DNA of 64,000 bases from the NCBI GenBank assembly GCA_017472925.1, contig JAFUNS010000001.1, positions 39,376 through 103,375 on the forward strand, in the 5' to 3' direction. This DNA is from Bacteroides sp. (GTDB lineage: Bacteria > Bacteroidota > Bacteroidia > Bacteroidales > Bacteroidaceae). The notes beneath the pieces were generated by a model that saw nothing but the letters and a program-made list of their open reading frames with translations, did no database searches and was not told the DNA's origin. Of the stretch, positions 10,601-20,678 are shown piece after piece. Made by a program: the position numbers and the translations under genes. The stretch's first letter is position 1; each line of letters opens with the position of its first letter.

Positions 10601-11668
10601 ACCTTCTGTACATATCCAAAGGTTATGGTTGTTGTCTTCTGTCATGGCTCCGATAACTGATTCATGCAGGCTGTTCTCTTCTTTTAAATGATGTTGTGTG
10701 ATGTTTTGCGAAGGGTTGAAGTAATTTATACCTCCAAAGTAAGTGCCAAACCATAATGTCCCTTGATGGTCGCATATCATACTCCAAATGGAAGAATGTG
10801 TCATTCCATAAGGTAGATTGCCATGTTCTTTATAATTGACGAAATTATCTGTTTGGGGTTGGTATTTACTTAGTCCACGGAAAGTTCCTATCCACATGTT
10901 TCCTTGTAAATCTTCACAAAATGTTCGTACAAAATTTGAACATAAAGAAGAATTGTCCTGTGATTGCGAAGTGTAGTTCTTTAATTGGCCGTTTATGTAT
11001 GTATATAGTCCATTGTCCCAAGTCCCTATCCAATATTGACCTTTTTGATCTTGCATTATTTTGCTGATTCTTCCTTGGGGTATGAGGTGTGTAAATTTGT
11101 TGTTTTTATAGGAATAAAGGTATAAACCCTTTTCTTCTGTTCCGATGAAGATTGAATCGTTTGAAACGTATAGACTGGAAATTTTTATGTTGGATGAAGG
11201 TAACTGGCATGAAAGAGTTGTTTTTCCTTCTTTCCATTGGTATATTTCGTTATTCTTACTTGTATATAAAATATTATCAGTGAAGTATATGGCTCCGATG
11301 TCATCATTGGCCAAATCGGTAAATGTTTCTTGGTGGATATCAAACATGCATATTCCACGAATGGTCAAGAAATAGATGTGCCCGTTTTTGTCGCCTATAA
11401 TGTCACGAATATGATTGCTTTGTATGCTGTTGGGGTTATTCTCATCATGCCGATATGTGTCAATATCATAACCATTGTATACACTGACTCCATTTCGTGT
11501 ACCAAACCATAAAAGCCCTCTTTCGTCTTGATAGATTGCCATGACGGAGTAATGTGATAATTCCTCTTTTATGGTCAAATGCTTGAAACTGATATTTTGA
11601 GCATTAGTCAAAAGTGTCACAAACAAAAATACAAGTATAGAAAATAATCTGTGTGATGTATGAATCAT
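7667..11668 (-). CDS. Hybrid two-component system sensor kinase/response regulator (HTCS)
   Basis: Beta-propeller repeats (LWFGT/WIGT), Y_Y_Y region, TM helix, FFTNISHEFRTPL, GIGIGLAL, receiver GADDYITKPF, AraC HTH. Confidence 0.97.
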   Translation of the reverse strand: MIHTSHRLFSILVFLFVTLLTNAQNISFKHLTIKEELSHYSVMAIYQDERGLLWFGTRNGVSVYNGYDIDTYRHDENNPNSIQSNHIRDIIGDKNGHIYFLTIRGICMFDIHQETFTDLANDDIGAIYFTDNILYTSKNNEIYQWKEGKTTLSCQLPSSNIKISSLYVSNDSIFIGTEEKGLYLYSYKNNKFTHLIPQGRISKIMQDQKGQYWIGTWDNGLYTYINGQLKNYTSQSQDNSSLCSNFVRTFCEDLQGNMWIGTFRGLSKYQPQTDNFVNYKEHGNLPYGMTHSSIWSMICDHQGTLWFGTYFGGINYFNPSQNITQHHLKEENSLHESVIGAMTEDNNHNLWICTEGNGLYKLNRNNGAILRFKHSEKKNSISHNNLKSIFYDSKRDVLWIGTHMGGLNKFDIKKQRFTHYSTNKEEKMSHNSDIICDIVLYENNLLLATHDGIYQFDIEKETFSPMLKNIQADANVDLALDLHIDHNNRLWIAGAKEGAFVYDLKSGELIQYKHTSDKESLSSNGINCLYADSKHRIWFGTAEKGIDLYDPANNTFTNYNETNNQLLSNCIYGICEIATDKFIFLTDNGFCYLDVNLGILRNYKANSNLPLSAINQKSIYQTKDGELFIGGLDGMISFRLEDLNSHLYNFRILPHKLFINDREIKANDETGILKESLSKTNQITLDYDQSMISITYSITNYYSLSQEDFIYKLENFSDEWTTLRNGRMITYTNLNPGEYTLIVKSNQEEKIYSKLNIKILPPWYQTYTAYTIYLLVGVLILYIVISIYKNRIRLQASLEYERKRAKDIETMNQHKLRFFTNISHEFRTPLTLITSQIELLLQVKSFVPAVYNRLLNAYKNSLQLQSLISELLDFRKQEQGLMKIKAYENNIVHFLHENYLLFQEYAIKKHIKLTFHSSHEEIMVWYDEKQMQKVINNLLSNAFQYTPKNNNIDISIRKEYDHAIIEVKDTGCGIPNEEINYIFNRFYQTEHTLQSTGKGIGIGLALTKGIVELHHGTITATSEINKGTSFMVTLPLGKKHFKPEEVASIKEATITFEDKDKQELLSIEDYKFSMGDLKERSFNILIAEDDPSLRDMLKDIFTPYYNVTLASNGEEALSILEEKQIDIIVTDISMPGISGIEFCKKVKDNINTCHIPIVLLTALTTLEHKLEGIENGADDYITKPFEINLLLARCRNLINNRLVLQEKFSKQPHTSPQIFATNTLDREFMDKVIHVIDRHMDDPHFNVNQFAQEMCIARTKLFVKLKGITGKTPNDLILSIRLKKAVYYLTNNPEMNITEISEKTGFSSPRYFSKCFKNTYNVTPQSYRKENNC

Positions 11669-11704
11669 AAGTTCTATAATAAGTCTTTATATACCATTTC
11701 TACA

Positions 11705-11712
11705 CAAAGTTA
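11705..11712 (-). promoter_or_regulatory. Bacteroidetes -7 promoter element for HTCS
   Basis: TAACTTTG on minus strand matches TAnnTTTG, ~37 nt upstream of start. Confidence 0.55.
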
Positions 11713-11865
11713 ATAAGTTAATTCATAAGTTTGATATATTGGGCAGACTTTTATTGAGCGTATGCAACAAAAAATTATTTTACCCTAAATTTGTACTATT
11801 TTGGCACATCTCCTTTAAACCTTTATCTTAAATTTACCGCCCGTATAATTAAATTATGTATTATT

Positions 11866-13095
11866 ATGAAAAACAAAATCTCATTGGTTAAAATGACGTT
11901 GGCTGTTATAGCTTTAAGTTTTTGTAGTTGTAAGAATCAGAGAGTTAATGATATGCCTGATATTATTGCAGATAATGTGGCAAATGCAGTAGCTCAATAT
12001 ACACTACAAACAGACATTATAGAGAAAAGCGGTAAAATCCTAAACCCACGTACAGTTCTTCCCGATAGCACCATTTGGTATGTTCCGATTGATGACTGGT
12101 GTAGTGGTTTTTTCCCGGGCAGTATGTGGTATTTATATGAATTGACCGGGGATCAGAAGTGGAAAGGATTAGCCGAAAAATATACAGAAGATTTGGACTC
12201 CGTCAAGCATTTGAAGTGGCATCATGACGTAGGTTTCATGATTGGAAGCAGTTATCTAAATGGTTATTTGTTGGCCGATAAGAAAGAATATAAGGATGTG
12301 ATTGTTACAGCTGCACAGTCATTGGCTACACGTTTTCGTCCCACAGCAAAAGTTATTCAGTCTTGGAATGTGGATAAGGGTTGGCAATCTGAACGTGGTT
12401 GGGAATGCCCGGTTATCATCGATAATATGATGAACTTGGAATTGTTGTTCGAAGCAGCTTTGCTTTCAGGCGATTCAACCTTGCATCAAGTGGCAGTAGA
12501 CCATGCCAACACTACTTTGGCCAATCATTTCCGTGAAGACAACAGCTGTTATCATGTGATTGACTATAGCTTGACCGATGGTTCTGTACGCCATAAGCAT
12601 ACAGCTCAGGGATATGCCCACGAATCATCATGGGCTCGTGGTCAGGCTTGGGCCATTTACGGTTATACTGTTTGTTATCGCTATACTGGCGATAAGCGTT
12701 ATTTGGACCATGCTGAAAAGGTATATCAGTTTATCTTCAATCACAAGAATCTTCCGGCTGATTTGATTCCATATTGGGATTATGATGCACCCGAAATTCC
12801 GAACGAACCTCGTGATGCTTCAGCAGCAGCTGTAACCGCTTGTGCTTTGTACGAAATGAGCACATTGATTCCAGATTCACCTTATAAAGAAACTGCCGAC
12901 AAGATTGTTGAAAGCTTGAGTTCTCCAGCTTACCGTGCTGAAGTGGGAACTAATGGAAACTTTATCTTGATGCATTCTGTAGGTAGCATTCCTCACGGAC
13001 ATGAAATTGATGTACCTATTAATTATGCAGACTATTATTTCTTGGAAGCATTGATAAAGAAACAGCGTCTTGAAAAGGGTGAACCCATTCGTTGA
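11866..13095 (+). CDS. GH88 unsaturated glucuronyl hydrolase
   Basis: WCSGFFPG, HHDVGFM, VIIDNMMNL, SSWARGQAW, YADYYFLEAL. Confidence 0.93.
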   Translation: MKNKISLVKMTLAVIALSFCSCKNQRVNDMPDIIADNVANAVAQYTLQTDIIEKSGKILNPRTVLPDSTIWYVPIDDWCSGFFPGSMWYLYELTGDQKWKGLAEKYTEDLDSVKHLKWHHDVGFMIGSSYLNGYLLADKKEYKDVIVTAAQSLATRFRPTAKVIQSWNVDKGWQSERGWECPVIIDNMMNLELLFEAALLSGDSTLHQVAVDHANTTLANHFREDNSCYHVIDYSLTDGSVRHKHTAQGYAHESSWARGQAWAIYGYTVCYRYTGDKRYLDHAEKVYQFIFNHKNLPADLIPYWDYDAPEIPNEPRDASAAAVTACALYEMSTLIPDSPYKETADKIVESLSSPAYRAEVGTNGNFILMHSVGSIPHGHEIDVPINYADYYFLEALIKKQRLEKGEPIR

Positions 13096-13156
13096 TTGCT
13101 GCCTGTTGTTGGTGTCATATCTATTTTGACGCTTGTTTATAAATTTAATAAGGTAT

Positions 13157-16100
13157 ATGAATGTAATGAATTCGTTAATTAACATAAAGCGGATTGCTGT
13201 ACTTACATGGTTGTGTTTGTGCTCTATTTTATGTGTGTCGGCACAAATAACGGTCACAGGAACCGTTATAGACGAAGCAAAGATTCCTGTTCTTGGAGCA
13301 AATGTTGTTATCAAGGGGGAAACGACTACGGGAACCATTACAGACTTTGACGGTAATTTTACTATTACCGTCAAAGATCAGTCTGCGGTGTTAGTTGTTT
13401 CTTTTATAGGATATGCTACACAAGAAGTGGCAGTTGGTACGAATACCCATTTGGAAATCGTATTGAAGGAAGATGCTGTTGCTTTGCAGGAAGTGGTGGC
13501 AATCGGTTATGCAACGGTCAAGAAGAGTGATTTGACGGGATCTGTAGAGAAGGTTGATATGGATCAAATGAATAAGGCTACCGTAACTTCATTCGATCAG
13601 GCTTTGGGTGGACGTGTTGCCGGTGTACAAGTGGTTTCTGGAAGTGGACAGCCAGGCGAAGAAGCCAATATTGTTATTCGTGGTAGCAATACCATATCGG
13701 ATGTATCGGATGGAAATCCGCTTTATGTTATTGATGGATTTGCTACAGAAGATGCCAATGCTGCATCCATCAATCCTAATGATATTGAATCTATTGATAT
13801 TTTAAAGGATGCTTCGGCAACAGCTATATATGGTGCTCGGGGGGCTAACGGGGTAGTCATTATTACTACAAAAAGAGGGCAAGAAAGCGCTCCACGTATT
13901 ACTTATGATGGATATATCGCTTATCAAACCCGTCCCAAGTTTTTGGACTTGCTTCAAGGCCGTGAGTTTGTAGAACTTCAATCCGAAATCATGTCAGAAT
14001 CGGATATGAAGAAAACTTACCTTTGTTTTGATGAAGCCTTGGGACGTCATCAGACATTGGAGGATTACACCAATCGTGCTTCAGCCAATTGGCAGGATAA
14101 GGTTTTCCAAACGGCTCCTATGACCAGTCATCACATAGCTTTGTCGGGTGGCTCGGCCAAGACCAAGTATAGTGCCAGTCTGTCTTATCTTAATCAACAA
14201 GGTACTATTATAGAGTCTGCTTTCGAAAGTTTGAAGGCTCGCCTTACCTTAGACCAGCAAATTAATGACAAGGTTAAATTTGGTGCCAATCTGAATTTTG
14301 CCAATAATGTATCAACAGGTTCTGCACCTTCCGAAGGAGGTGGGCAAAGTACCCAGTATTTCCTTTATCAAGTGTTGGCCTATCGTCCGGTTAAATACAA
14401 GTCGACCGACGATTTGGAAGATGTATTGGATGATAATGGTGGAACATACCCTTATAATCCGGTAAAGACTATCGAAAATACGTTTGTAAAGCTTCGCAAA
14501 CGCCAATTAAGTTTAAACTCTTATTTGAATTGGACTATCATGAAGGACTTGTTGTTTAAGGTTACCTTTTCATACACTTGGCGCGAAGACCGTACACGTA
14601 ATTTCTATAACTCTGATACTTATTACGGTGACCCCATTTATTCTCCGTCACGAACCAATGGTGCCTTTAATTATAAGGAATGGAACAGTTGGTCAAACGA
14701 ATATACGTTAACCTATAAAAAGAAAGTAAACTCCTATTATTATAATGGTATGATAGGTGCTTCGTTGTCTAGTCAGCAGATATCCAACTTAGGTGCCAAA
14801 TCGGTGATGGTCCCTTGGGAAGATATAGGCTTTTGGGGTATTGATGCCGGTACAGCACAGTCTATTACAGCCGATAATGTAAAGAATAACTTAATTTCTT
14901 ATTTTGCCCGTTTCAATTACGATTGGAAGTCACGTTATTTGTTTACTGCTACCATGCGTGCGGATGGGTCTTCCAAATTTATCAAGCATAAGTGGGGTTA
15001 TTTCCCATCGGCTTCGTTTGCTTGGCGCATATCCGATGAACCTTTTATGGTAAAGACTGGCAATTGGCTCTCAAATTTAAAGTTGAGAGTAGGTTGGGGT
15101 GCTACTGGTAATAATTATACTCAAAACAATTATCCGTCACATATGCTTTATTCTGGCAATCAGAATTATACGTTTGGTAATTCCATGACTCCGGCCATCT
15201 ATCTGATGCAGATGGCCAATCGTGATTTGAAGTGGGAAACCACTTATCAAACCAATTTTGGTATAGATTTCGGAATCATGAACAACCGTATCAATGGTAC
15301 CATCGATATCTATAATAAGGATACAAAGGATTTACTCCTTTATGCAGACGTGCCTCCTTCCATAGGATTTGCACAAGTTCAGCAAAATATAGGTAGTATC
15401 AATAACAGGGGGCTTGAAATTACTTTGAATGCCACTGTTCTTCCTGGAGGCAATAACCGTATGAAATGGACGAGCAGCTTTAATATCTCTTTTAACAAGA
15501 ATAAAATTACTGCCTTGTCAGATGGGCAGTTGAGCCGTATGGCTGGTATCCGTTATCCTAATATACCGGACTTGTATATCTGTAAAGTGGGTGAACCGCT
15601 TTCCGAAATGTATGGTTATGTGTACGATGGCGTATATCAATACGAGGACTTCAATGAGGTGGCTCCCAATGTATTTGTATTGAAACCGGAAATTCCGAAC
15701 AACACTAATGAGCGGGCGAATATACAGCCGGGCGACCCCAAGTTGAAGGACTTGAATGGAGACGGTAAGGTTACTGCTGAAGACCAGACGGTTATCGGTC
15801 ATGGGTTGCCTCTTCATACAGGTGGTTTCACCAATACGTTCGAGTGGAAGAACTTTGATTTGAGTGTATTCTTGCAATGGTCGTATGGTAACGATGTGAT
15901 AAATTACAATCGGGTGAAATTGGAAAGTTTGAGCGATCGTCATATCAATCAGTTGGCTACGGTTAAGGATCATTGGACACCTCGGATTGACAATGGAGAC
16001 GGAACCTATACGGAAGGTAACTATACCAACTATTTGTGGGCTGTAAACCGTGGCTTGACCAATATCAATACCAGTCGTTCTATAGAGGATGCTTCGTTCT

Positions 16101-16333
16101 TACGGTTGAAAAATATCCAGTTGGGTTATAATTTCCCGATAAAGGTATTAAAAGGAACAGGTCTTTCTTCATTGCGTCTGTATTTGAGTGCGCAGAATGT
16201 ATTTACATGGACCGGATATTCGGGATACGACCCCGAAGTTTCTACCCGTAACTCGGCTATGACACGCGGATTTGACTATTCGGCCTATCCTCGTGCCACA
16301 TCTTTTACTTTCGGTGTTAAATTGGGTATCTAA
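13157..16333 (+). CDS. susC: SusC-like TonB-dependent transporter
   Basis: GTITDFDGNF, NPLYVIDG, LKDASATAIYGARGANGVVIITTKRG, LKWETT, EDASFLRLKN; start codon uncertain (13157 or 13166). Confidence 0.96.
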   Translation: MNVMNSLINIKRIAVLTWLCLCSILCVSAQITVTGTVIDEAKIPVLGANVVIKGETTTGTITDFDGNFTITVKDQSAVLVVSFIGYATQEVAVGTNTHLEIVLKEDAVALQEVVAIGYATVKKSDLTGSVEKVDMDQMNKATVTSFDQALGGRVAGVQVVSGSGQPGEEANIVIRGSNTISDVSDGNPLYVIDGFATEDANAASINPNDIESIDILKDASATAIYGARGANGVVIITTKRGQESAPRITYDGYIAYQTRPKFLDLLQGREFVELQSEIMSESDMKKTYLCFDEALGRHQTLEDYTNRASANWQDKVFQTAPMTSHHIALSGGSAKTKYSASLSYLNQQGTIIESAFESLKARLTLDQQINDKVKFGANLNFANNVSTGSAPSEGGGQSTQYFLYQVLAYRPVKYKSTDDLEDVLDDNGGTYPYNPVKTIENTFVKLRKRQLSLNSYLNWTIMKDLLFKVTFSYTWREDRTRNFYNSDTYYGDPIYSPSRTNGAFNYKEWNSWSNEYTLTYKKKVNSYYYNGMIGASLSSQQISNLGAKSVMVPWEDIGFWGIDAGTAQSITADNVKNNLISYFARFNYDWKSRYLFTATMRADGSSKFIKHKWGYFPSASFAWRISDEPFMVKTGNWLSNLKLRVGWGATGNNYTQNNYPSHMLYSGNQNYTFGNSMTPAIYLMQMANRDLKWETTYQTNFGIDFGIMNNRINGTIDIYNKDTKDLLLYADVPPSIGFAQVQQNIGSINNRGLEITLNATVLPGGNNRMKWTSSFNISFNKNKITALSDGQLSRMAGIRYPNIPDLYICKVGEPLSEMYGYVYDGVYQYEDFNEVAPNVFVLKPEIPNNTNERANIQPGDPKLKDLNGDGKVTAEDQTVIGHGLPLHTGGFTNTFEWKNFDLSVFLQWSYGNDVINYNRVKLESLSDRHINQLATVKDHWTPRIDNGDGTYTEGNYTNYLWAVNRGLTNINTSRSIEDASFLRLKNIQLGYNFPIKVLKGTGLSSLRLYLSAQNVFTWTGYSGYDPEVSTRNSAMTRGFDYSAYPRATSFTFGVKLGI

Positions 16334-16349
16334 TAAAGAAAGGATAAAT

Positions 16350-17954
16350 ATGAAAAAAATATTCTATATAGGATTGTTGGCTTATCTTTGTTGTTCCTGT
16401 AATTTTTTGGAAACGGAAACGTATGACTATATCGGAGTGGAAGACACCTGCCGGGACGAAGAAAGTTGTATGGCTGGTTTGGCCGGGGTATACGATGTCT
16501 TAGGAGCCATCGGTTGTTATGGGCAGAATTTGTGGGGCGATTTGGATGCGGGAACAGATATTATGGTCTATAACCGTCATTACGGTAAGGACTATATCCA
16601 GTTGTCCAACTACAACTACAATAATACGGACAATTCATTGAAGACTACCTGGACGGCTTTGTATGAGGGAATCAATAGAGCCAATGATTATATAGGTATT
16701 ATTCAGGAACGTTCGGAAGAAGAATGTGGCGGAAAGAAAGCGATGTTCTTGGGAGAGGCAAAGGCTTTGCGAGCACTCTATTACATGAATTTAGTAGCCT
16801 TTTGGGGAGAAGTACCTTTGAGGTTGACACCGACCTATGATTTGAATTCCCAGTTATTGAAGAAATCATCCCAACAGGAAATCTATAAGCAAATTATCAG
16901 CGATTTGGAAGCGGCAGAGGAGGGATGTCTTAGTGCACGCGAACTGAATGCTCCGGGGCGTATATCTGTTACAACCGCCCAAGCATTGTTGGCGCGGGCC
17001 TATATGTGGCAGTCGGGTTATCCGGTTTATGCCGATACTTGGGACAAGGCTTTGGAATATGCCCGCAAGGTTAAACAAAGCGGACTTCATCGTTTGTATC
17101 CACAGGCAGAGGGGGTGAACGGTTATCGTGCACTTTTCATCAATATGTGTAGCAACAAGTACGATCTTACGGCTCGTGAAAGTATGTTCGAAATTGAATT
17201 TTATGGAAATGGACAAGACCAGACCAATGAAGCCGGACGTTTGGGACTCTACAATGGTGTTACTCAACAGAAGGCATCCGATGATTATGCCTATGCCTAC
17301 GGATTGTATGATGGAACCAAGTATCTGTTCCGCCTGTACGAAGAAGAAGATGCCCGCCGTTGGTGGAACATAGCCGATTATAAATACGACTCATCCAGCG
17401 GAGAAGTAAAGGAAGTGCCTCGCACGGATGCTGAAAAAAGACAGGAAGACGGTAATTGTGCCAAGTGGCGTGCCAAGTACATTCCCGAGCGCCCGTTGTC
17501 CAGAAACAATTCATCCATCAATTTCCCTGTCGTACGCTATTCGGATGTATTGCTTATGATTGCTGAATGTTCCAATGAATTGAATGGCCCCACTCAGGAG
17601 GCTATCGAAGTAGTGAATCAGGTGCGTGTGCGTGCCGGTGCATCTACCATTTCTTTGGCAGACTATACGAAAGAAACGTTCCGTCAGTTTGTGCGCGATG
17701 AGCGTACCCGTGAACTGTGTTATGAAGTACCCCGTCGAATGGAACTTCGTCGTCATGGAACTGATTATTTCAAGGAACAGATTTTCTTGTTGAAGAGCCA
17801 GTTGCTGAACGAACAGGGCAAGCAGATTGGGTATGATTTGGAAAGTGTGAAAGCTGTTCCGGCACTGAATTTTGCCGATAAGCACATCTATTTTCCTATT
17901 CCACAATCCGAACTGAATGTTAATACACTTTGTGAACAAACAACTGGATGGTAA
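16350..17954 (+). CDS. susD: SusD-like glycan-binding lipoprotein
   Basis: Lipobox CCSC, GEAKALRALYY, VRYSDVLLMIAE, ERTRELCYE, FPIPQSE; directly after SusC. Confidence 0.95.
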   Translation: MKKIFYIGLLAYLCCSCNFLETETYDYIGVEDTCRDEESCMAGLAGVYDVLGAIGCYGQNLWGDLDAGTDIMVYNRHYGKDYIQLSNYNYNNTDNSLKTTWTALYEGINRANDYIGIIQERSEEECGGKKAMFLGEAKALRALYYMNLVAFWGEVPLRLTPTYDLNSQLLKKSSQQEIYKQIISDLEAAEEGCLSARELNAPGRISVTTAQALLARAYMWQSGYPVYADTWDKALEYARKVKQSGLHRLYPQAEGVNGYRALFINMCSNKYDLTARESMFEIEFYGNGQDQTNEAGRLGLYNGVTQQKASDDYAYAYGLYDGTKYLFRLYEEEDARRWWNIADYKYDSSSGEVKEVPRTDAEKRQEDGNCAKWRAKYIPERPLSRNNSSINFPVVRYSDVLLMIAECSNELNGPTQEAIEVVNQVRVRAGASTISLADYTKETFRQFVRDERTRELCYEVPRRMELRRHGTDYFKEQIFLLKSQLLNEQGKQIGYDLESVKAVPALNFADKHIYFPIPQSELNVNTLCEQTTGW

Positions 17955-17966
17955 TTAAAACAGAAG

Positions 17967-18944
17967 ATGTATATGAAAAGTATTCTATATAAGATAATGG
18001 TAATGGCATGTTTGTTTGCCTTGTCGGGATGCGACCGGAATGGGGTGGATGATGTAGATTTCAATGTAACCGTTCAGAATTCGTCTTCGCTACGAGTGGG
18101 CGAACCCGTTACTTTCCTTTTTGAAGGCAATGCCGAATACATTTCTTTTTTCAGTGGAGAAAACGGCAATTCGTATGCCAACAGGAACCGTAACAGTGTA
18201 GAACTGTCTGCATTGCAGATGTCATGCACCATTAAGCAGCAATATACCGATTCGGAGTATCGCCGGAAAGAAATTGTAAGAGCCTATGTCTCCGACGATT
18301 TTGGTGGTGACTATACTCTGGAGGGCATACAGAAGGCTACGTGGAGCAAGATATCGGGCATTGAATATAACCAGATAGCCGTACCATTGACCGAAAAATC
18401 GACTACGGAAGAGGTGAGTAGCAGTATCAGTTTGATAGATTATAAGGATAAGTCATTCTATGTGGCTTTCCAATACCTTGCACCGAGACGTGAGGATGTG
18501 CCGCAGGCAACAGGAGGCGGACGGTATATTGTTGCCCCTCGTGTGGATATTAATCCCCTTTCATTGATGAAGACAACCGTCGAAGGCGAAACCGTTGTGT
18601 GGGATAATCCCTCAACTGATTGGGCTTTTCAGGTTGTTCTTGAAAATTCAACAGGTACAAGTAATTATAAGATAGACGATAGCGGTCTGTCCTTCCAACC
18701 TTTGCAGGGGAAAGAACATACCGATAAGGATGTGGCTGTATGGATGGTTAGCGGATTAATTCAACCAGACAAGGTAGACCCTGATTGTGGTTTGGCCATA
18801 AAGTCGTCGGCTGCCTACCTGCCATCCTATTCACATGTCTATTCAAAGCCGGGTACTTACGAGGTGACATTTGTGGCTACCAATGCCAATTTGTGGAATT
18901 CAAATCAGATAACCAAGCAGATAACCATTCAAATCGGTGAGTAG
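17967..18944 (+). CDS. DUF5017-like surface glycan-binding lipoprotein
   Basis: Lipobox LSGC; FFSGENG and YSHVYSKPGTYEVTFVATN split PKD-like motif; SGBP position after SusD. Confidence 0.7.
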   Translation: MYMKSILYKIMVMACLFALSGCDRNGVDDVDFNVTVQNSSSLRVGEPVTFLFEGNAEYISFFSGENGNSYANRNRNSVELSALQMSCTIKQQYTDSEYRRKEIVRAYVSDDFGGDYTLEGIQKATWSKISGIEYNQIAVPLTEKSTTEEVSSSISLIDYKDKSFYVAFQYLAPRREDVPQATGGGRYIVAPRVDINPLSLMKTTVEGETVVWDNPSTDWAFQVVLENSTGTSNYKIDDSGLSFQPLQGKEHTDKDVAVWMVSGLIQPDKVDPDCGLAIKSSAAYLPSYSHVYSKPGTYEVTFVATNANLWNSNQITKQITIQIGE

Positions 18945-18945
18945 T

Positions 18946-20577
18946 ATGTGGTGGAAATGGATGATAATATGGTGTAGTGCAGGAATGATGTTCTTTTCCT
19001 GTCAGTCGGAAACTACCGAAGAAACACCAGAACCTTTGCCGGAAGTAAAACCCGATGAGCCGGAGGTCAAGCCCGAACTTCCTGCCAATACCAGTTTGTT
19101 GTGGAAGGATTTTCTGGATAATCGTGGCCAAGGTCATGAAACCGCTTTGGCCGATTTCTCTTATGCCGGCTATGCATTCGGTGAAAAGGAAGTGCCTCAC
19201 GTGGATTATCCCATATTCAATGTTTGTGATTACGGTGCTGTGCCCGGTGATAACTTGTCCGACCGCAAGGCTTTCGAGGATGCCATTACTGCAGCACAAG
19301 CCAATGGAAAAGGAATTGTATATGTACCGTCCGGCAGATTTGATTTGCGCCCTGCCGATGCTCCGAACACGTCCATCGTGATTTCGGGAAACAACATTAT
19401 TCTTCGTGGGGAAGGAAGTGGTGAAGGAGGTTCGGAACTTTACATGGAATATCCTAACCAACCGGATACGGAAGGTGAATTGTGGAGTTGTCCACCTTTA
19501 TTTGTTTTCCGCTATGTATTTGTCTCTGGTGAGGAAGCCGACCATAAGTTGGCCGATGTGGTGGCTGATGCACGTCGTGGGACGCATACCATTGAAGTCA
19601 GTTCTACCAGTGGCCTTTATATCGGTAAGCGGGTGATGTTGCAAATGAAGAACAACAATCCCGAGTTGGTGAAGCAGGAAGTGGCTCCTTACGAAGTGCT
19701 TCCCGAATGGACAGACCTTGTAACCGGCGGTGTGCAGGTTACGGCCTATCATCAGGTGCAACGTATTCAAGGGAACTTGGTGACATTCAAGGAACCGTTG
19801 CTTTATCCCATCGAATCCCAATGGCGATGGACGTTGCATGAACATTCGCATAAGGTGGGCTCCGGGGTGGAAGATATCGCATTTGTAGGGAATTTCAAGG
19901 AACCGTTTGTGCATCACTTGAATGCTACTCATGACAGTGGTTTCAAGATGCTTACTTTTCTCCGTCAGGTGAACGGATGGGTACGTCGGTGCCGGTTTAC
20001 GGATGTTAGCGAGGCGGTAAGTGTGCAGCGCAGTGCCAATGTCTCGGTGTATTCTTGTCGGGTAACTGGTAATCAAGGCCATTCGGCCATACGTTCTGAG
20101 GCTTCTTCACGCATCTTTATCGGAAATGTAGAAGATGTAGCCGGTCAATACCATTCCATGGGAGTATCTAAAACAGCTATCGGAACAGTGCTTTGGCGAA
20201 ACAAGACGGCAGCACACACTTGTTTCGAAGCGCATTCTTATCAGCCCAGGGTAACTTTGTTTGATGCTTGTTCGGGTGGTTTTCTGAACGATCATGCCGG
20301 TGGCGATCAGGCTTCTGCTCCAAATCATTTGCGTGAATTGGTTTTGTGGAACTATATGAATATAGGTGCAGAAGGTACGTTCAACTGCTGGTCTCGCAAC
20401 AATCGTTTCCTGTTGCCTGTGGTTGCAGGCTTCCAAGGAGCACCCATAACGTTCGACAATACCCAACTTACTTTGAACGAAGGGCAGGGCGCATCTGTAT
20501 TTCCCGAATCGTTGTATGAGGCACAATTACAGGAGCGTTTGGGGTATATGCCGGATTGGTTACAGGAATTGAAGTGA
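18946..20577 (+). CDS. DUF4955 / PL29-like beta-helix GAG lyase, lipoprotein
   Basis: DFSYAGY, FNVCDYGAVPGD, FEAHSYQPRVTLFD, PNHLRELVLWN, PESLYEAQL. Confidence 0.72.
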   Translation: MWWKWMIIWCSAGMMFFSCQSETTEETPEPLPEVKPDEPEVKPELPANTSLLWKDFLDNRGQGHETALADFSYAGYAFGEKEVPHVDYPIFNVCDYGAVPGDNLSDRKAFEDAITAAQANGKGIVYVPSGRFDLRPADAPNTSIVISGNNIILRGEGSGEGGSELYMEYPNQPDTEGELWSCPPLFVFRYVFVSGEEADHKLADVVADARRGTHTIEVSSTSGLYIGKRVMLQMKNNNPELVKQEVAPYEVLPEWTDLVTGGVQVTAYHQVQRIQGNLVTFKEPLLYPIESQWRWTLHEHSHKVGSGVEDIAFVGNFKEPFVHHLNATHDSGFKMLTFLRQVNGWVRRCRFTDVSEAVSVQRSANVSVYSCRVTGNQGHSAIRSEASSRIFIGNVEDVAGQYHSMGVSKTAIGTVLWRNKTAAHTCFEAHSYQPRVTLFDACSGGFLNDHAGGDQASAPNHLRELVLWNYMNIGAEGTFNCWSRNNRFLLPVVAGFQGAPITFDNTQLTLNEGQGASVFPESLYEAQLQERLGYMPDWLQELK

Positions 20578-20580
20578 TAT

Positions 20581-20646
20581 ATGTACGATTTTGTCCTCTA
20601 AATGTATGAATTTGTCAGTTAGTGGTGATGGGAATACGTATATTTG
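20581..20646 (+). promoter_or_regulatory. Internal promoter with tandem HTCS-type activator site
   Basis: ATGTACGATTTTGTC (20581) and ATGTATGAATTTGTC (20602), 21-bp period; TATATTTG -7 element at 20639-20646. Confidence 0.6.
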
Positions 20647-20678
20647 TGAAGTGTAACATTTACATTGTGTAAAGAAAC

